DNA from: a virus
Reading direction: 5' to 3' (one strand)
Virus record (IMG/VR): IMGVR_UViG_3300044683_000172
Span: 1 to 64,000 of that record
DNA: 64,000 nucleotides
This document shows, piece by piece, positions 59,896-64,000 of the stretch. A program made the translations under genes and the position numbers. The notes under the pieces are model-generated. The model did not search any database. It saw only the letters and a program-made list of their open reading frames with translations, and was not told where the DNA came from. Positions within the stretch are counted from its first letter, which is position 1. Every line of letters starts with the position of its first letter.

Positions 59896-61413
59896 TTAGA
59901 TCAGAACGTCGCTGCCTTCCACGTAACGGATAACGTCATCCTTGGAGTAGATCAGCTGGTAGACCGCTTTGTACTCCTTCAACTTGGTGTTGTTGTTCAC
60001 ATAATCGGTGAACGTGAGGTCGATCCAGTAGCCGATGTTTTGGACTTGCCGCCAAGCCATCGCATCGCCGCTGACGCGCGTGATGTACTGCTTCTGGAGT
60101 TCGGTCAGCGTCTTCCCGGCGCTGATGACGCCGTTGTTGCGGGCCTTGGTGATGATCGATTGGATGATTGCCAGGAGCATGGCTTGGCCGATTTCGTTGG
60201 CCGGCACTTCAGGCGAATTCAAGAACAGCGCCAGAACTTGTGCCGAGATTGCCGACTTCAGCCACATCTCGTTGGCGTACGTGTTCATGTCCAGCGCAGC
60301 CTGAGAGCCGCCCATCAGCAAGCCGCGCTGATAGAAGGAGAACAGTTGGCCGGCCGATTGCGTCACGCCGATATAGTTCGCGCGCAGGGCGTCCATCTGG
60401 TCGGCCATCGCATCGGTGGAGACCGTTGCAGGACGCGCCGGGAACTGGTAGAACATGTAGTTCTGGGTTGCATTCACCGTGTTGTAGTTGGTCGCCGCGA
60501 GAATTTCGCAGGGCGATTGCTCAATGAACTCGTTCGCGGTGCCGGCCATGATGTTGAGTGCGCAACCGCTGTACGGCAGAAGCAACGGCGACAGCGTAGT
60601 GGCATCCGCAGGCAGCGCGGCCAGGGAGTACATGTACATGTTGTTCTGCGCGTCGTTCCATGCGGCAATGGCGACGATTTCATCGTTCGTCAGAGCGACG
60701 GACGGCGTGCAGAAGATGAACGAGCCGAAGTTGTTGCTGATGTCCGACGACTTTGCAACGGCCTGATCCGGGGTATCAGCGGCTTGGCCGGAGACGGCGA
60801 CCGCGTTGCCGGTGGACCAACCCAGCGCCACGGACATGTCCTGGGGATCGTTCGTTGCAATGCACTTGATGGAGCCGCTGCCCGTGACGCTGCCGGTGAG
60901 CACAAATTGATTCGTGTTGCTGTTGTACGTCACCGTCGCGTTGGTAAGCTGAGCTTCGGTGCTGGTGCGAATCTTCGCTTGCACTGCCGCAGCAACCTGC
61001 GTGAGATCGGTCGATCCGCTGGTGTTGATGGCGTCGATGGAGACCGGCGAATTGCCGACCATCAAGCTGAGCTTGCCAGCGTTGAATTGGGCGAAAGTCG
61101 AAATGTCCTTCGGCAAGGAATCGCCGACGATCATCGGAGCAATGGCGGCATTGACCCAGCGCGCGAAACTGATCAGCGTCGGCGATTGGATCGACTTGCT
61201 GACAAAGGTGAAGTATGCGAGAGCGCGCCGGTACTCTTCCGAGTTCGTGCCAAAGTATGCACCGACTGCATCGGAAGTGCCGAATTCAGCGACGATGCCA
61301 GGCGGCAGAACGCTGTTTTGAGTCATCGCCCGCATGATGAGTTGGCGTTCGGCAACCGCCACGCCAGCTCCCACACCGGAAACGATACGGATATAACGCC
61401 GTTGATTGATCAT
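59896..61413 (-). CDS. tail sheath protein (DUF3383-type)
   Basis: 505 aa. N-terminus MINQRRYIRIVSGVGAGVAVAERQLIMR is typical of DUF3383. Followed by the tube gene. Confidence 0.8.
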   Translation of the reverse strand: MINQRRYIRIVSGVGAGVAVAERQLIMRAMTQNSVLPPGIVAEFGTSDAVGAYFGTNSEEYRRALAYFTFVSKSIQSPTLISFARWVNAAIAPMIVGDSLPKDISTFAQFNAGKLSLMVGNSPVSIDAINTSGSTDLTQVAAAVQAKIRTSTEAQLTNATVTYNSNTNQFVLTGSVTGSGSIKCIATNDPQDMSVALGWSTGNAVAVSGQAADTPDQAVAKSSDISNNFGSFIFCTPSVALTNDEIVAIAAWNDAQNNMYMYSLAALPADATTLSPLLLPYSGCALNIMAGTANEFIEQSPCEILAATNYNTVNATQNYMFYQFPARPATVSTDAMADQMDALRANYIGVTQSAGQLFSFYQRGLLMGGSQAALDMNTYANEMWLKSAISAQVLALFLNSPEVPANEIGQAMLLAIIQSIITKARNNGVISAGKTLTELQKQYITRVSGDAMAWRQVQNIGYWIDLTFTDYVNNNTKLKEYKAVYQLIYSKDDVIRYVEGSDVLI

Positions 61414-61421
61414 TGCTTACC

Positions 61422-61898
61422 TCAAACGATTTTGCTGTTGACGGTTTTCCACATGTGGGCCGAATCAATCAGCGGTTTATCAAAGCCCTTCTTTTTCACC
61501 GTGGATGGTGCATTCTTCTCCCATCCGCCATTTCTGATGCTACGTACAATAGTAGCCACCAAAAAATCTCCAATTTGCGCCAAAGCTTGTTCTTGTGTTA
61601 TTTCGCCTGCAACAACCTTCTTCGCCAATTTAACTTGCACTTCAACCCGACGTTGGTTAAAGTCGCTCCAAGCCTTTCGCATAAACGGACGAGCCGGGAT
61701 AACTATCTTGTGTCCGTCTCGCTCGATAGTCGCTCCAAACTCTTGGATTCGCGCGACCGCCGCGACTGGTATGCCGACACTCTTGCCTTTCGCTGCTGGA
61801 TACCGGTCTGATTCGAACCATCCCGCTTCAACGGTCTTGTGTTCGATTCCTTTGAGAGCCTTCAAATGCCTCTCGATAAGTTCAGACTTGGCTTTCAC
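61422..61898 (-). CDS. HK97 gp10-like neck/tail completion protein
   Basis: VAAVARIQEFGATIERDGHKIVIPARPFMRKAW matches the gp10-family core. Confidence 0.6.
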   Translation of the reverse strand: MKAKSELIERHLKALKGIEHKTVEAGWFESDRYPAAKGKSVGIPVAAVARIQEFGATIERDGHKIVIPARPFMRKAWSDFNQRRVEVQVKLAKKVVAGEITQEQALAQIGDFLVATIVRSIRNGGWEKNAPSTVKKKGFDKPLIDSAHMWKTVNSKIV

Positions 61899-62488
61899 GG
61901 AACAGGATAAACTTCAATTTCAGCACTTCGAACAACTCCGATGTCATTTTCAATCGATCTGATGTGAGTCAGAACAATATCAAAACTCGGATAAGCCTCA
62001 AATCGAAGCTTATCATCTTCAAAGTACGGGTTTCGAACTTCCGTGACCCGATACATGCCAACATTCGCGATCTTCAATTTCCGAACGGTTGCGCGACTGC
62101 CAATCAGCATTCGAAGTCTCTCGGTGATGTCTGCGGCAGTCGGAAGCGTTATGTCTTTTGGATCTTCCTGAATGAAAGAACTGATTTGGAAAGTCGTTTG
62201 AAACCATTGACTTTCCTTTTCTTTGAAAACATCTTCGGCAGGAACGTACGAATAATCTGATTTTGCAAATCCGTACTGAGTGCTGAAAAGTTTTTCAAAA
62301 AAGACTGATGGACCTTCCGGCATGCCTTCTTGATGCGGCTGGTTTTTCTGGATGACCGGATATGTCCACCCTGATGCCGCGACTGCTTCTTCAAGCAGAC
62401 CGGCCACCAGGATTTTCAGTTCATTGTCAGTCACTTGGATCGCCTTTGAATACGCCAACATCAACGGCCAAGCAACTTGCCCAGCCAT
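61895..62488 (-). CDS. hypothetical head-tail joining protein
   Basis: 197-aa ORF. The start may lie downstream of 62488, because it overlaps the upstream gene by 62 nt. Confidence 0.55.
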   Translation of the reverse strand: MAGQVAWPLMLAYSKAIQVTDNELKILVAGLLEEAVAASGWTYPVIQKNQPHQEGMPEGPSVFFEKLFSTQYGFAKSDYSYVPAEDVFKEKESQWFQTTFQISSFIQEDPKDITLPTAADITERLRMLIGSRATVRKLKIANVGMYRVTEVRNPYFEDDKLRFEAYPSFDIVLTHIRSIENDIGVVRSAEIEVYPVP

Positions 62489-62816
62489 CTTGAATAAACC
62501 AATCAGTTTGGCTATTCAGTTGATACAAATGTCCATTCCAAACAAATTTGTCTCCTGACGTATCCCTTGAAAGATCGAAGAAATCGACAGGAGCAAAGAT
62601 TTTGATATACTGCTTTTGAAGGTCCAGACCAAGTTGTTGGTAGACGTTTCGAGAAACTGCCTGGACGGAAGCTTTAATCACAATCGGATCGGCATATGCC
62701 GAAATCCATTGCTTAACTGGATTAAGCGTTCGTCCAAGCCACTTGTAATAAGTGATATTCGTTGGCTTGATTAGTCGGATTGCCTGTTTAAACAGGTTGG
62801 AGCCGGGAGTACTCAC
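62427..62816 (-). CDS. probable head-tail adaptor / head closure protein
   Basis: 129 aa. Call is by position within the connector block only. Confidence 0.45.
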   Translation of the reverse strand: MSTPGSNLFKQAIRLIKPTNITYYKWLGRTLNPVKQWISAYADPIVIKASVQAVSRNVYQQLGLDLQKQYIKIFAPVDFFDLSRDTSGDKFVWNGHLYQLNSQTDWFIQDGWASCLAVDVGVFKGDPSD

Positions 62817-63280
62817 AGGAATACGCCCCCAATTTTACGGAAGCCTGTACGCTCGGGCAAGCCGCCGATGGCCAATCCGCCAACGGCCAGCAACGATACA
62901 AGCGCCCAAATTTGTTGGCCATATGGCGTTTGAGCGAGCCAGAATTGCCATCCATCAGCGGCTGGCGGCGTCATACGCGCGACGCTGATTTCACCAATGT
63001 GCGACGATGTTTCATATCCGCCTGCGGCCGGGATCGAAGCGCCACCGGCTTGGCCGGACGTGTCACCGTCGGCCTGAGAAGACAGCGCCAAAAGATGCGC
63101 CGTCATGAGGTTCAGAATTGCGGTCCTCTGTTTGCCGCTGATCGATCCGCAAGGACATCCTTGCGTACCAATGAAGGCCGTCGCCAAATCCCAGTACATC
63201 TCCAGCATTGCATCTGGATATTTCTGGGTGTCTTTGAATTCCGGGAACATCTCCCGGAATTTTGCCGGATCGAATTCCAT
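62813..63280 (-). CDS. DUF4054-like head-tail connector protein
   Basis: MEFDPAKFREMFPEFKDTQKYPDAMLEMYWDLATAFI matches the DUF4054 N-terminal pattern. Confidence 0.65.
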   Translation of the reverse strand: MEFDPAKFREMFPEFKDTQKYPDAMLEMYWDLATAFIGTQGCPCGSISGKQRTAILNLMTAHLLALSSQADGDTSGQAGGASIPAAGGYETSSHIGEISVARMTPPAADGWQFWLAQTPYGQQIWALVSLLAVGGLAIGGLPERTGFRKIGGVFL

Positions 63281-63296
63281 GGCGACGGCCTTTTGG

Positions 63297-63734
63297 TTAA
63301 ATGCGGAACTGGGTTTCTTGTTCGAGTTCCAGAGGCGTCTTGACCTTCACTTTGGTCTTGAACGTCTCAGGCGTCAGCTGCGCAAAGTCGTCGCGCTGAT
63401 TCATGTCTCGGACGATTTCTTTCACAGCCTTGTGATTGCCGGAGATGTCGCTGTTGAGGACTTTGACCCAGCCGCCTTCGAGATGTTGCTTGAAAAGCCA
63501 GTGGTCTTTGAGCCTGTCATATTGCTCTTCGGTGATGCTTGTGACGATGCCCTTGGCCGTCCAAATCGGCATTCCTTCTTTGTCCTGTGTCTGGTCCCCG
63601 AAGCCAGATCGAATCGACGGAAGGCCCGCGCCGCCGTGGATCAGAACGCCGTGCTTCTTGCGCGGAAGGTCGCCAATCGTCTCATACCAGTTGTATGAAA
63701 TCGAATTGGTCATGGTGCTGAGGATATATTTCAT
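63297..63734 (-). CDS. hypothetical head-module protein
   Basis: 145-aa ORF just downstream of the capsid-gene terminator. Confidence 0.6.
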   Translation of the reverse strand: MKYILSTMTNSISYNWYETIGDLPRKKHGVLIHGGAGLPSIRSGFGDQTQDKEGMPIWTAKGIVTSITEEQYDRLKDHWLFKQHLEGGWVKVLNSDISGNHKAVKEIVRDMNQRDDFAQLTPETFKTKVKVKTPLELEQETQFRI

Positions 63735-63793
63735 GATGCGTAGTCCTTGTAGTTACGCCGATTTCAGCCCCTACAGCCTCATCGGTCGGGTGA

Positions 63794-63823
63794 AAGTAAG
63801 GCCGCGCGATGGCGGCCTTACTT
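63794..63823 (-). terminator. 12-bp hairpin after the capsid gene
   Basis: AAGTAAGGCCGC-N6-GCGGCCTTACTT, 20 nt beyond the stop at 63844. Weak T-run on the minus strand. Confidence 0.45.
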
Positions 63824-63843
63824 GTGTTCAGGCCGAAGCCCGA

Positions 63844-64000
63844 TTAGATGCCGGCCATACGGACGACTGCCCACGGACGCTTGCAGAGGACACCGGCCGT
63901 TGCGTTGGCGTAGTCTTCCACGTAGGACTTGGCGCGCTTCTCCACGCCCAGCGTCATGAACTTGGTCTGCACCAGCTGTGCGAACGTTTCGCCGCCATCG
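63844..64000 (-). CDS. probable major capsid protein, C-terminal fragment (runs off the window)
   Basis: Open frame ...[51 protein letters not shown]. Lies upstream of the connector genes and is followed by a hairpin. Confidence 0.45.
   Translation of the reverse strand, partial: DGGETFAQLVQTKFMTLGVEKRAKSYVEDYANATAGVLCKRPWAVVRMAGI

Noticed and set aside
62427-62488. 62-nt overlap between 62427..62816 and 61895..62488. Considered as a programmed frameshift site.
   Set aside because: No slippery heptamer was recognised. An internal Met (MLAYSK, aa 10; ATG at 62461) shortens the overlap only to about 35 nt, so an annotated-start error, possibly at a start codon further downstream, seems more likely than a frameshift.

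Overview
The window reads as most of the genome of a tailed dsDNA bacteriophage with a contractile tail, from a moderately GC-rich, probably proteobacterial host. Evidence for the host is sigma70-like TTGACT-N16-TATAAT promoters, AAGGA Shine-Dalgarno leaders and lipoprotein lipoboxes. No rRNA, CRISPR array, transposase or integrase was seen.

Minus-strand morphogenesis genes occupy both ends. On the left are large terminase (9906-11306), a portal with an unusual C-terminal domain (3766-6300) and an SPP1-gp7/Mu-F head morphogenesis protein. On the right is a capsid C-terminal fragment at 63844-64000, followed by connectors, DUF3383-type sheath, tube, tape measure with an SLT domain, baseplate, tail fibre and an M15 endolysin ending at 47357. 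This order suggests the two window ends are nearly adjacent on a circularly permuted map.

Between these lie several plus-strand blocks:
- An early block of about 25 small, translationally coupled ORFs of unknown function (12.3-18.8 kb).
- A minus-strand replication block (RepB'-like primase, VirE/SF3 helicase) next to an iteron-rich, AT-rich non-coding region.
- A GIY-YIG/NUMOD3 homing endonuclease.
- A RecD/Dda-like helicase.
- A nucleotide-metabolism cluster (FAD protein, ThyX-like, HAD phosphatase fusion, MazG-like, SDR, VOC-like).
- DnaQ-like exonuclease, DnaE-type polymerase, VRR-NUC nuclease, SNF2 helicase, an overlapping spanin pair and DNA ligase.

The most unusual feature is a 1.07-kb ORF-free gap (18783-19854). 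It has its own promoter-like and terminator elements, long helices containing G-U pairs that work only in plus-strand RNA, and an embedded non-canonical tRNA-like module. I interpret it as a candidate large structured phage ncRNA.

All functional calls come from motif recognition by eye. No database search was run.
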